Shown piece by piece: positions 46,501 through 57,258 of a DNA stretch of 64,000 nt. The notes beneath the pieces are model-generated. The model was not told where the DNA came from and did no database searches. It saw only the letters and a list, made by a program, of their open reading frames with translations. How positions within the stretch are numbered: the stretch's first letter is position 1; each line of letters starts with the position of its first letter. Origin of the DNA: Andalucia godoyi And28 (taxonomy: Eukaryota > Protista > Jakobida). The stretch lies in assembly GCA_009859145.1 (NCBI GenBank), contig VRVR01000040.1, positions 35,211-99,210 of the forward strand. The letters are read 5' to 3'. A program made the position numbers and the translations under genes.

Positions 46501-47449
46501 CCGGTCGAGAAGACTGATCCTGCTCTGCAAGTTCATGCTCAAAATCGGCGTACCCCGCACGAGATACCTCCACCTCCGAACCCTGCGCCGGCCCACCAAT
46601 TGAAGATCTGGACGATCGAATGGTGGAGGAGCGCAGCGATGCCTTCAGCCTCTGCACTTCGTCTTCCATCAGAGACAGCCGCTCTAGCTCTTCATCCACA
46701 TCTTGCTGTGAAGCACGCGTCCGAGGCGACACCGTAGAGCCTCCTTTTTTGCCACCACCGTTCCTCAGATGCAGACTGCCTGCCTTTCCTGCAGACTGAA
46801 AGAACAGTTCATCCGCAGACTCTTCGTTCTCTTCTCCGTCATCAGCACCAGCACCAGCACCACTCTCCTCTGCATCCTCGTCATCATCCAACAAATCCAA
46901 TGAATTCTGCAAATTCCGAACGTCTTTGCGTGTCCGTTTCAACTCACGATCGATCGAGCTCACCAGATCATCGACAGAAAATGCCGAAGACGCGCTCTTA
47001 TTCCCTGCACGGACGCTGCCGCCACCATCTCCACCCTCCTCCTCCTCTGCAACTGCATCCCGAACCTTCCTCGATGCATACGAAGAAGACACAGAAGAAG
47101 CATGGCGATCTTCCTTTGACGATCTCGATTTATCCGACAGCCCGGTGGCTCGAGGAGTCTTTCTCCCATGACCACCAGCCCCTATTCCCGCTCCAGCTCC
47201 AGTGCCCGCAGAAACACTGGTGTTGTCCGAAGCCGTTGCGAACGAGGTGTCTGAAAGTCCATTCAATGCCTCTCGATTCCGACTGGCAACTGCAGCGGCT
47301 TTCCTGTGTCGCGGAGGAGAAACGACATTGGCAGTCATTCGTAAATCACGCAGTTTATTCTCAATCGAACTCAGCGAATCTCGAATTGGCGACAGTATAA
47401 CAGGCCTGAGAACATCCAACACATTGTTGTTAATCAAAAACATACACAT
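43571..47449 (-). CDS. Large coiled-coil protein, 1292 aa (centrosome/cytoskeleton-like)
   Basis: About 650 aa of continuous heptad-rich E/R/K/L/Q sequence flanked by Ser/Pro-rich tails; no specific family recognised. Confidence 0.8.
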   Translation of the reverse strand: MCMFLINNNVLDVLRPVILSPIRDSLSSIENKLRDLRMTANVVSPPRHRKAAAVASRNREALNGLSDTSFATASDNTSVSAGTGAGAGIGAGGHGRKTPRATGLSDKSRSSKEDRHASSVSSSYASRKVRDAVAEEEEGGDGGGSVRAGNKSASSAFSVDDLVSSIDRELKRTRKDVRNLQNSLDLLDDDEDAEESGAGAGADDGEENEESADELFFQSAGKAGSLHLRNGGGKKGGSTVSPRTRASQQDVDEELERLSLMEDEVQRLKASLRSSTIRSSRSSIGGPAQGSEVEVSRAGYADFEHELAEQDQSSRPDASNNKPVTDVSSVILNLSRKSHTSDAERQDVERYRSQLIDQEVLFRDFQRDKEYEISQLHQLLAKHKTVMEEEKRRHLKGLEDMRDLLTDREAEIARLQSIMDRVNTDLEKAQRERAEQIASLSHTWELRLQDVTGRMSAFQAEADELRRARTDLTDKLHSERRISETVQAENEKLVSNCRDFETRLDNMSAQLESTELKLKKSFRQRELELLGEVDALKRQAHDATVLSQSAKREIDRTEREAELKMKMLEEAHRRQLELLKSRIDQGDMSSNENERRVRTMKDRLAELESILENTRSTEDGLRQLVKQQGTSLADANIRNENLQRELVDAQSREKDARSRLKHVQERTEGSLQDMKGRMDDLNMIIEQHRDALVQANKDREDAVRAVSDKYQSELHAAAVRHEQLIRENAEIRKAAQENEVRCAELTSQMERQLSLIEGKESEWGRQVNALKQSVEQERQEWNRRVAQLEEENASRMKEKDGFFEEGTKLRREMKNMRRDSEKERQRLEDVSRKLQEEKKEAEDQRARLEAELQKARKKLDADLRARLELGTEKQAAQLETDRLKKTLEREQKRREEAEKKLGKLEKRLQSSFRETEDLGNEQMAVLEVLRDSLHSEREKRNEAEARIAELEQRAAELTTELSRRSMDAHLRDRLDRTTLSDSADSPVGRAPSAKHAIGTGSPPRTSIFSRQEPTYSRTRDTQESRRVVASWEYDRNQSPNASESHSPSPPLIAADDRKEEPQSTSRFNRMSASESGSDSNGAESRLFEKSAVDATNSSASYYVSQQEDANRSMLQNVSLTDLYRAVGTEERAHRRSTSPPLLSSSSAGRSRSPNQQKSKSPIPFDHKSNVTDLSVLKRYYDAELAGFRERVRSMSTSRSIASSSKGASPIRVSKQLSSSPPLRSPNSKILSTSPTSRKSPGPNERPSPPRRPVSSPQPLTIPELRSAHRVSGTTQSPPKKRITFDTPEVKSS

Positions 47450-47872
47450 AAAAGAACAAAATTAGAAAGAAGAAAACCTTCGAATGCTTTCGCATTGTTA
47501 ATTACGTAATGGAGATAAAGGAAGCCATACACATCGGATTGCCTCTTTGCAGCGCGCGACATCTTCTCTGCTTCTCTGATCTCTTCTTTTTCTTTCTTTG
47601 TTTTGCGCTCAGAAAAGGTAATGTTACAAAAATGAATGTTAATGATTGATAAATAACGTTCAGCAGAAGAAAGAAAAAAGTAAATAAGCCAGTAAATACA
47701 AGAAAACAATGATTTTATTGGAAGCTTTTGAAAAAGAATCGACGCCCATTCGACTGAGGTCCGTATTTTTTTGTTTTTTATTTGAATTTTTTTTATTTAT
47801 TTAACGACTTGTGTGAGTCGCCCCCCCCCCCCTTTGCATGACCGATGAAAGGTTGAGTTGTCACGACCCGGG

Positions 47873-47935
47873 ACAACTGACAACTGACAACTGACAACTG
47901 ACAACTGACAACTGACAACTGACAACTGACAACTG
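47873..47935. repeat. (ACAACTG)9 perfect heptamer tandem repeat in a divergent promoter
   Basis: Direct inspection. Confidence 0.95.
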
Positions 47936-48129
47936 ACAGAACCTCTGCCGGGTCTTTTTTCTACAATTATTACGATTTGCACTATTGCCGCTCATTTTAC
48001 ATATTTATATAGATATATAGATAATTTTTTTAACTGCTTCTCTTTTGGTTAGTTCGTTCGTTCGTTTTGCAGTGGTCGTATATAGAGAGTAGGTTGTCAT
48101 CTCCATCTTCATCTCCATCACTTTAGATC

Positions 48130-49392
48130 ATGTCGGATTCCAACTGGCATATTAAAGCTTCGATTGTGTCTCACCGGACGAGCAATCCAATCCGCAAGGT
48201 TGTGGATCAGTTGAAACTTCCGCCGAATCCGGAGAAGCAGATGATTCCATTGTCAATTGGCGATCCTACGGTATTTGGGAATCTTCCGGCGTGCCGTGAG
48301 CTTTTGAATGCGATGCACGATGCAATTGATGCTGGAAAGTGGAACGGATACGCTCACTCGTGCGGGTACTCGGATGCGCGGAAGGCGGTTGCGCTGCGAT
48401 ATCAGAACATGCTGAATCGGCACCATACAAACTCTCATCCTCGCTTCAAGGTGTTCGAGGAGGACGTGGTGCTGGGCTCTGGATGCTCGGGCGCTTTGGA
48501 CATGGTGATCTCTGTTCTCGCAAACGAAGGCGACAACATCCTGCTTCCTCGTCCTGGGTTCTCACTCTACAAAACACTTTGCGATTCAAAGGGAATTGAA
48601 ACGCGGTTCTACTCGCTGAAGCCAGAGGCCGAGTGGGAAGCAAATCTGGAGGAGATGAGAAACTTGATCGACGCAAACACGCGCGGGATCCTGGTGAACA
48701 ACCCGTCGAACCCCTGCGGCTCTGTATATAACCTGCATCATTTGAAGGCAATTCTGGAAATTGCACGCGAACATCGCCTTCCCATCATTGCAGACGAGAT
48801 CTATGCAGACATGGTGTTTTCTAAATCAGAGTTTTTCCCAATGGCGGCGCTTACAGACAAGGTTCCTGTTTTGCATGTTGGCGGGCTGGCCAAGCAGTAT
48901 CTCGTTCCTGGGTGGCGCCTAGGATGGGTGATTGTCTCTGATCCTGTGGGAGCCCTTGAGGATGTCCGTCGTGGTCTTCTGGCACTTTCGACTGTCATTC
49001 TTGGACCCAATACTTTGGTGCAGGGAGCGATTCCTCAGATCTTCGAGACGGTGCCGGAGTCGTACTATACAGAGCTTAACAAGACTTTGGAAGGGCACGC
49101 CGAGTACTCCGTCGAGCGGTTCCGCAAAATCCCTGGTCTTCGGGTCGTGGTTCCTCGTGGAGCAATGTATTTAATGGTAGGAATTGATACGGAGTACTTT
49201 GCGGATATCGCAGATGATGTGGATTTCTCGCGAAAGCTCATCACCGAGGAGTCCGTCATGGTTCTCCCTGGCCAGTGCTTTGGTATAACAAACTTCTTCC
49301 GCGTTGTCATCTGCCCGCCTATTGACAAGCTCGAGGAAGCGTACGATCGCATCGAGCAGTTCTGTGATCGTCATCGCCGAGATTTCGACTGA
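48130..49392 (+). CDS. TAT: Tyrosine aminotransferase (PLP-dependent, class I)
   Basis: IPLSIGDPTVFGNL, NGYAHSCG, VNNPSNPCGSVY, IADEIYADMVF, GGLAKQYLVPGWRLGW (PLP lysine). Confidence 0.95.
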   Translation: MSDSNWHIKASIVSHRTSNPIRKVVDQLKLPPNPEKQMIPLSIGDPTVFGNLPACRELLNAMHDAIDAGKWNGYAHSCGYSDARKAVALRYQNMLNRHHTNSHPRFKVFEEDVVLGSGCSGALDMVISVLANEGDNILLPRPGFSLYKTLCDSKGIETRFYSLKPEAEWEANLEEMRNLIDANTRGILVNNPSNPCGSVYNLHHLKAILEIAREHRLPIIADEIYADMVFSKSEFFPMAALTDKVPVLHVGGLAKQYLVPGWRLGWVIVSDPVGALEDVRRGLLALSTVILGPNTLVQGAIPQIFETVPESYYTELNKTLEGHAEYSVERFRKIPGLRVVVPRGAMYLMVGIDTEYFADIADDVDFSRKLITEESVMVLPGQCFGITNFFRVVICPPIDKLEEAYDRIEQFCDRHRRDFD

Positions 49393-49611
49393 AGAAGCTC
49401 CTTCCTCCCCTCGTCTTTCTTTTTTGGACCTTTTGTTTTTCTTTGGTTGCAACGATCGAAAATCAAGTTCGGGGGGCGGGGGAAATATTGCATGTTTATT
49501 ATGATAGAACCGGATGTGAGCCCCAACAAGACTCGTAAAAAAAGAAAAATTAAAAATTAAAAAGGAACACGTGGTGTCGCTTCATTTGATGTACACACAC
49601 TGTCTTTGAAA

Positions 49612-51165
49612 TCAAAAAACACCCTGTTCTTCCGGGGTCGTCCTCCTCCAGAAGTACTGACCTTGGACGTACATTGGTTTTAGGTATTTTCGAGAAACCA
49701 AGAGATCCAGCATGAGCTTGATGCGGTCTTGTTTGATCTCCGTAAGCGTGGTTAATTGCTCCATGGTGAACGCAACCACGGTGTTCTGAGATGAAGAAAC
49801 ATTTGGATCTGGATTGACAAAGAATATCGAATAAACCTCGACCAACTGTTGGAAGTTTGTGCCAGTCTGGAATGCTTTTGGGAATTTCGAGGTGTCGAGT
49901 CCGTGGCTTTCCTCGCTTTCAGCTGGATGAAGATGTTGTTGCCGCTGCTGTTTTGGTTGCTCCGGTTGCTGTAGTTGCTCTGATTGCTGCGGCTCACCTT
50001 CTCTGTGATGCTTGTCCTCTTCTTCGCGTTGCATCGGACGTACCTCTTCGTGCTGACCGTCTTCTTCGTTCGGGTCCCTCGCCACACCAAAAGACCGATC
50101 CATGTACTGGTACTGACTATTGTCTCCTTCTGTGAGCCCATACGACCGATCATTATCCAAGAGCTCGTCAAATCTCGCCATCAATCCACCATACGACGCA
50201 ACACTCTCCGCGCCCAAACTCCTTCTTGATGGCTTCAGTGCGGAAATCGCGATCACGGAAGAAGGAATGATGGACGCTTCAGCAAACGAGCGACCTCTCC
50301 CTGAATTCGGAGTATGGAAAATCTCCCCCCCGCTCTCCGACACAAAACTGTGTTCTGCAGCCATGGCTGCAGTCGGGGGTCCCATCAATCCTCCAACAGC
50401 AGTCGTCAACGCAGCGCTAGAATGGTCCGCTTGCTTTGTTCTTCCGCCAAGTTGATCCAAAATCGATGTGGTCTTCGGAGGCGAAGCCATGCGAGGGGTC
50501 GATCCCGTTGACGACGTATCCGACGAAAACGACAAGTTCGCAGCAGCTAGTACCGCACCGGCCACCGAAGACGACGGCATATAGCTTCCTCGCTGATGCA
50601 TCTTTCTTGTTGTTCTCGGTGGAGAGTTCATCCTTGGAGTCGAGTGCACAGCAGACGAATCGTCCGAAAGATCAAGAATTGCAACTGGTGTTTGTGGATT
50701 CGAAGATTGATAAATACGGTTCTTGAACAGCGGTGTAGTCCGAGGCGGCGACGGCATTCGTGGAGTCGAGTCCGTCGACCCCGAGATGTCATGGAACGAT
50801 CTCTTGAGCGGCGCTGTCCGAGGAGGCGACCCCAGCCGTGGAGTCGAAAGAGCGCTGGAATCTACGGCATCTTCCTTCAATCGAATGCGTCCCGAGTTGC
50901 AGTGTTCTGCGTTAGTCAAAGAAGAAGACGAAGACGGCTCCGAAACCGCCGTCGAACCTCCTGATGACCGCTTCTGCGAGTCAGAAAATGCCTCGAGAAA
51001 CTGAACCCACGATTGCAGACCCGTCGCAATTGCCCGTGTTTCAGCGTGAAACTGACGAACAGAAACAAGCAGTTGCTGGCTGCTCTCGCTCGCTTGGACT
51101 ATCTTGGCATCAATCGAACGAAGCGTAGCCGTTATTCGTGCATGAAGAGCATTCGAGTCTCCCAT
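49612..51165 (-). CDS. ASK1: Dam1/DASH complex subunit Ask1-like protein with C-terminal winged-helix-like domain
   Basis: N-terminal ITATLRSIDAKIVQA...LLVSVRQF...AIATGLQSWVQFLEA follows the Ask1 pattern (ITxTLQEID...W..FFEA); S/T-P-rich middle; folded ~80-aa C-terminus. Confidence 0.62.
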   Translation of the reverse strand: MGDSNALHARITATLRSIDAKIVQASESSQQLLVSVRQFHAETRAIATGLQSWVQFLEAFSDSQKRSSGGSTAVSEPSSSSSLTNAEHCNSGRIRLKEDAVDSSALSTPRLGSPPRTAPLKRSFHDISGSTDSTPRMPSPPRTTPLFKNRIYQSSNPQTPVAILDLSDDSSAVHSTPRMNSPPRTTRKMHQRGSYMPSSSVAGAVLAAANLSFSSDTSSTGSTPRMASPPKTTSILDQLGGRTKQADHSSAALTTAVGGLMGPPTAAMAAEHSFVSESGGEIFHTPNSGRGRSFAEASIIPSSVIAISALKPSRRSLGAESVASYGGLMARFDELLDNDRSYGLTEGDNSQYQYMDRSFGVARDPNEEDGQHEEVRPMQREEEDKHHREGEPQQSEQLQQPEQPKQQRQQHLHPAESEESHGLDTSKFPKAFQTGTNFQQLVEVYSIFFVNPDPNVSSSQNTVVAFTMEQLTTLTEIKQDRIKLMLDLLVSRKYLKPMYVQGQYFWRRTTPEEQGVF

Positions 51166-51303
51166 TCTCCTCGCGCCACAGCTCCCCCAATACGGAAATA
51201 GCAGCGTGTTTTAATAAATGTAAAACTTGAATAAGAAACAAAACGTGGAAAAAAAAAGAGGAAAAACTTTGGGGTTTTTTGTTGGTCTGACTTTTAATTT
51301 CTT

Positions 51304-51336
<33 letters not shown>

Positions 51337-51799
51337 ATTTTTAAATATAATTTTTCGGGGTTTATGAGACTCCGTTTTTTGGCGGGATCCGCTACAGTCG
51401 GTGACGCTTCAGAAATCGATATGCAGTTTCTCGGATCGGAAGGGGAGTATAGGGCACCAATACGTCGAAGCGTTCTTCAAAAAAACAGATATTGCGCACA
51501 CCATTCTAATCTCGATTCCGACATGCCAGACAGGGCGGGGACATCGGAATGGCGATGGACTGGCATGATTGGAAACAGGCGAACGGAGCAGCGCTGTCTG
51601 AAATTTTCTGAGTGATTGAGGCAGAGCAGGGTAAAGAGGGGTGGGTGATAAGGATGTAGAAAGCGTGATGTCATGCGATGTCATGTGGTTTGCTTATGTG
51701 CGTACAACTTGTTTGTTTGCCAACAGTTGCATGACGGATAAACGAACGACGGATGGAAGAAATGGCAGTGTGAGCATGGACAGAACAGGATGCGCCTCT

Positions 51800-51830
<31 letters not shown>

Positions 51831-51836
<6 letters not shown>

Positions 51837-54800
51837 AGAACTCGACGGGCTATCGAGAAGCGGAAGCTCCATAACTGCTTGTTTTCGCACACGACGGGTC
51901 GAAAAGATGGGACGGGTCGGGCGGTTTGCGTGAGCGGAATCCCGCCAAGTGACGGGGGTTCCATCGGATTCTGTTTGCCGCAACATCAGCTTCTTTTGTT
52001 TGGTGGTCTTGAAAAACTCCAGTCCGACAACAATGAGCACGTATGCAAGGACGGCAGAAAAGACAATGAAGAACAAAACCAGATAAAACCGGTACCGGTT
52101 GGAAGCATCTGCAGTGGCACTCTCAACGGAAATGGCATCCAGAGTAGAGAGAACAGAGAGCGCTAGCGTTCCGTAGAGGGAAACCGTCTCCAAATGATTG
52201 TCGAGGGCTTCGCGGAATGGGGCCATTTTAACATGGACTGTGAGAAAGAGGAAGCAGATTGCGATCCGCGCGGTCAGCGCTACGCGGATATCATTTGGGA
52301 ACATCGAAAAAAAGAGGATCGGGACACCCATGAATGAAAATCGGCGAATAAGAAGAAAGGATTCATAATACCAATATCGGTCTCGGTACGATTCAAACAA
52401 CGGACCAAGAGTGTACGTGGAGCGATTGACTCGAACATCGCTCGTGGAAATGTCGGCACCCAGGAAGATGCGTCCCCTTTTCTTGAGCACGAAGAGGTAG
52501 GCTGCAACAACGAACGGAATGCAGCCACAGAAAATGATCAGAACGAGCGCAAAGGGCTGCACGTACTTGCGATAGTCGGTACTTCGACAGTCGAACCCAG
52601 GATAGGAGTACACCACGCTCTTCGAAACAACGGGATACGGCTGACAGTCCAGAAATTCAAATGCCGTATTGCTGAGGGCCGGGAAAATCGTCAGACCGAG
52701 AAGGATGGACGTCCTCAGAAACGCTCGGACTCGGAAGAGAATGCGAATACTACGGATTGCAATCTGCTCGTGAAACCCTGTAAGACGGATCAGCAAGAAT
52801 AAAAGGAAGAGACACCCAAGAACAACAAACAAAAGGAATGGAATGATCAAGTTCGTCCAAAACACGCCCACAAACGTTCGGTAAAAAGGGCAGAGTGTCC
52901 CCGTTCGCAACTCAAACAACGCAATCGACAACTCTGACGACGAGATGACCAGAAGTGCCGACATCTGAATAAACGACATGATGATTTTGAACTCGGATCC
53001 TGCTGATTGAGACACATAGTGTGTGAACACCACATAGAAAAGACCTCCAAAGATGTAGCCCGCAATCACTTCGAGAGACCGTGTCTCACAGTTCACGCAA
53101 TTTCGTCCCCAGAACGACCAGTGATCCAAGCACTCTCCACAGAGGAATCCCATATGACCGGTCTGACACTGCGTTCGAACCTCGCCAGGAAGCAACAAGG
53201 ACCCGGCAGGAATATCATAGACGATATCTGACGAGTATCGAGGAAGATAGGAAACTGTAGAGACATCTGATGCGGATGCAAAGCCACCCACTCCAGTGCA
53301 AAAGGACTCGACGGGACACAGCAACAGATCCGTGAAACCAGACTGCGTGGCAACCGCAAAATATCCAGGACGCGCGATGATCGCGTCTCCATCAGGAGAA
53401 CACTGCGCTCGGTTACCCTTTTGGATCTCCGAGCACGAGAAGCATTGCTGGCTGTCAGAAAGAAGGGAGTATTCTCCAGAAGGACAATGCAAACAAAGGC
53501 GATTCGATAAACGGAAACCAGGGTCACACGGCATAAAAGTCAGATTCAGAGGCCAAGGAGAAAAGACGAATGAATCATCGGACACCAGGGACTCGACAAC
53601 CTCGGCCGAGGTTGCGGCAAAGATGAAAATAGACGGTGCGTGGGACTGCGGATACTGCGCTGAGAGACCTGTAAAACGTGCAATGCCGTTCTTGGAGAGT
53701 GATCTGCTGTCGCCTTCGAATGCACACGAGCCCACTTGCGAAGGATCGATTGAGGTGTACTCCTGAAGAAATGTCGATGTATTGAAATTAAGGACATTCC
53801 ACTGCGGCTTCAGAAACGTTCGCTGCGAAGTGCAGTACAAGTAGACAACAGTATCATCTTCGGGACCCGCAATAATTTGGTCAAACATGTCATAAAATGA
53901 GAACTCCACGGAAAATGTTTGGCCCGCAGTGAGCGACACAGAAGCATTCTGGCTCTCCGTGACAGGAATTCCATTCACCTTCGTTATTTGAAAATAGAAC
54001 AGCGGAGACCCAATTGACGGCCCATAAGAGGCAGCATTCCCAAGAGACCGCAAGAAATCTGAGAGACTCAGCATGCGCAAAAGTGCAGGCCGCATGGTGA
54101 AGTATACTCCGGCATCGGACACTTGGGCGATGTTGGCGATGAACAGAACTCCTCCTCCACCAAGAATCGCCGAGTTATTGGAAAACAAGACGTTGTTGGC
54201 AAGAAATCCTGAGTTATCCGAATACGATGGAGGATACAGAGAGGAGTCAATCAGGAGCGCACCGCCATTTTGGGCTGCGGTATTGTTCACAAACTCAGAG
54301 TTGAGTAACTGCAAATTCGGGCCAGTGTAAATCGCACCGCCCTCGCTGACGTCAAAAGGATTCCGAAATGTAGTCGAAGACACCGCCAGATTCACCGACG
54401 CAGAAAATATTGCACCACCTCGGAGTTGCACCGGCGCGGCAGTGCATCCAAAGTTACCATCAAAAGTGCAATTCTCGAGAGTCGCTTGTTGGGTAAACAA
54501 GTCAAAGAACGCTGCACCGCCTTCGTCAACCGCACAATTTCCAACAAATTGTGAATCAACAATCACAGTCGACACGCTGCCTGCGAGCACGTACAGAGCC
54601 CCGCCTCTTGCTGCAGTGTTCCCAAAAAACATGACGCTGCTCACAACGACTTCGCCTCTCGTCGCAACAGCACCGCCCAACCCTCCAGCCGCAGCACCAA
54701 CGAAACTTCCTGCGTTATTTGAACTGAAAACACAGCCCTCCAAAAGGAACAAGAAGGAATTGAAATCGCAGAAGATTGCTCCGCCCATTGAGACGCTTTG

Positions 54801-56894
54801 AACAAAGCCCGTTGCAGATCCACTCGACGGGGAATTCGCAACAAACGAACTGTTCGAGATGAATACGTCGGACTCGGAGACATACAAAGCGCCTCCAAAT
54901 CCCACAGCCCCATTGCCCTGGCAGTTGGAAAATGTGCTTTTGGAAATACGAACGACGTGGCCAGATCCAACGTACATTCCAACTCCTTCGCAAAATTGAC
55001 TCGACAATGGGACTGGCGATGCAAAGGGTAGCGCATTGCAAAAAGAGGAGTCCATCTGAACACTATCTACACGGAACGGATAACTCGATCCGGAGGCGAT
55101 GTAGGCGTCATCGAGGTAAACGGTGCCGCCTCGTCCCGAGGTGACTCCGTTGTTGGAAAATGACGACGCAAACAGCTCAAACGCCCCAACGGAACTCCCC
55201 ATCCAAATGGCACCGCCGTTTGCATATGCAGTGTTGTACAGAAAACTCGATGAACGGATGGAAACAAAAGGCGATGCATCTCCCGCAATTGCTCCTCCCG
55301 AAAAAGAAAGACAAGAATCGAACGAACAGCCGAGCACTTCCAAGCTCCCAGAAAACAACAGGGCCGATCCAAGGTATCCTCCTTGCGTGCTGCCGACGGT
55401 CGAGTTCTCGATGCGGACGTGCGTCAAGCCTGCGTCCAATGGGAGGCCCAAGGTCATTCTGGATATCAGCAAAACGCTGCCTCTGGAAACAAGAACCTGC
55501 ATACGCTTCCAAGAAACAAAACTGACACTCCACACATTAATCTGCCGTATCAACACAGTAAGAGGGGAGTCGGATTGGCAAGTAAAAAACGACGCGTCCT
55601 CTGGTGCCAGGCCCGAGTAGTTCGATACGATGATGAGCTGTGACGCAAGCACGGAAGAAAAGAAAATTGTGTTGTCGAGCGATGCTAACGCAGATCCGGA
55701 GACGTAGATGCCAAACACAGTGTGCTGCACAAACAGATCCTCCAAGGTGCCGTTGGAGATCGACAGCGTCCAGTTCCTTGGTAATCGAGGGTAGTGAAAG
55801 CGGAACAACGCAGAAGTGGGAACGGAAGCGAAACTATTTCCAAAATGCATCACCGAAAAATTCGACATCTTGAAACTCGATTGAATCGAGAGCAGTGACG
55901 TACTGGGTCCAACACATGAGGAGGCACTGAAATTCGTAATTTCAATCATGGAATTCGGATTGATGGACAAGATCCCCAGGATACCGGAGCGACCGTCCAT
56001 AATTGAAAAGTCTGAGAATGTGCCGGACGAAAAAAACGGAAAGCAGAATGCGCTGCCTGTTCCAAAGGAGGAAAAATCATTCAAAGAGACGTGGGTTGCC
56101 GACAATGTAGCATTCACTCCAACAGAGACAAGACAGCTGCTGTCGCTGACCACGTTGGAGGAAAACGACACGTGCCGAAACTCGAGCAGTGCGGAAGAAC
56201 CATTCAGCCAAAATGCACTGTCCGCATTCTGAAACGCATGCAAGTGAACTGCGGAGTTCATCAACGACACTGAACCAAGAGACACCACAACGCTTGGAAC
56301 TGGTATGAGCGGCCCTCCTCCCAGAAACTCACAGCCATCAAATGCGATGTGAGACGAAGCATCGGCGAAGACATGAAGCGGATTGGCACTGCTTGCTAGC
56401 AGCGAGGGCACGACAAACGTCACATTTGAAAACATCGCCAAGGTACGCAGTCCTAGAGTCACGGCGGTGAAGCTGCGGAGCGAAACTAGCGAGTCTGTGA
56501 TCGCAGCAGAGCTGTTGGGCGCAGCAGTGAGAGCTGGGCCAATTCCAAGCAAAGTGCACTGCGAAATGTTGAGAGATGCAGACTGTGCAACTTGAACCGC
56601 AGATCCGGATGAAAATGTCAGCGTATGGAACAAACAGTCTAGGGAGACGGACGTCGCTGCTCCCGGAACATTCGAACTTGCATGAACGGTCAAATTCGAA
56701 AGTGCGTACACTCGACAAGAGCTCACACCAGAGGCAGCACAAGATGCGAACGCTTTTGGCAGAGATGCAAAGGGGAAGCTGCGGGAAGTCCCATTGTTCT
56801 GGTCGGAACCCGAGTCGCAAACAAAATAGTCAGACGCGCCTTGTATGTGTGGAAGAAGGGACAATAACAGTATTCCAAGAAGCAATGGAGACAT
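51831..56894 (-). CDS. Secreted/multi-pass membrane protein with Pmp-like beta-helix (GGAI/FxxN) repeats, Cys-rich segment and ~7 TM helices
   Basis: Signal peptide MSPLLLGILLLSLLPHIQGA; about 12 GGA(I/L/V)-type and about 9 FxxN motifs; CDPG...CLHCPSGEYS ephrin-receptor-like Cys repeat; multiple hydrophobic helices near the C-terminus. Confidence 0.85.
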
Positions 56895-57258
56895 TCAACA
56901 AGGAAAAAGGAGTAAGGGAAAATGCTCTTCTGTTTGTGTGATGAATATGCTGCAAATATTATGTATGCATGTATGTATGCATGTATGTATGTACAAATCA
57001 ATCGACTCTTTTTTGTGGTGTTGTAGTTGATGATGATGATGATGGCGATGATGATGATGATGGTGATGATGAAATGAGAGGAAACGACAGTGCAAATTAC
57101 AAAAAGGTCTCACGTCGGTGAAAAAAGCGAAACCAAGATGAAGAGAAAATCGGGGGGCTGCATAGGAGCAGAGTCCATTACTTCCGACGCACAGGCACAC
57201 AGAAAGAGGAAGAGGCGGGAGAGAGAGGCGAAAGGCCTGGAGGCAATACCGCGCTTCT

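Noticed and set aside
47873-47935. Heptamer array as a CRISPR array or telomeric repeat
   Set aside because: No spacers are present and the unit lacks the G-rich telomere pattern.
17357-49392. Metabolic cluster idea linking TAT, fumarase and the Zn2Cys6-PAS regulators
   Set aside because: The genes are 3-30 kb apart with unrelated genes between them; there is no sequence evidence of co-regulation.
3141-51385. E2F-like sites TTTCCCGC (3141-3148) and TTTGGCGG (51378-51385, ~210 bp upstream of Ask1-like)
   Set aside because: Single 8-mers are expected by chance in 64 kb and cannot be supported without conservation data.
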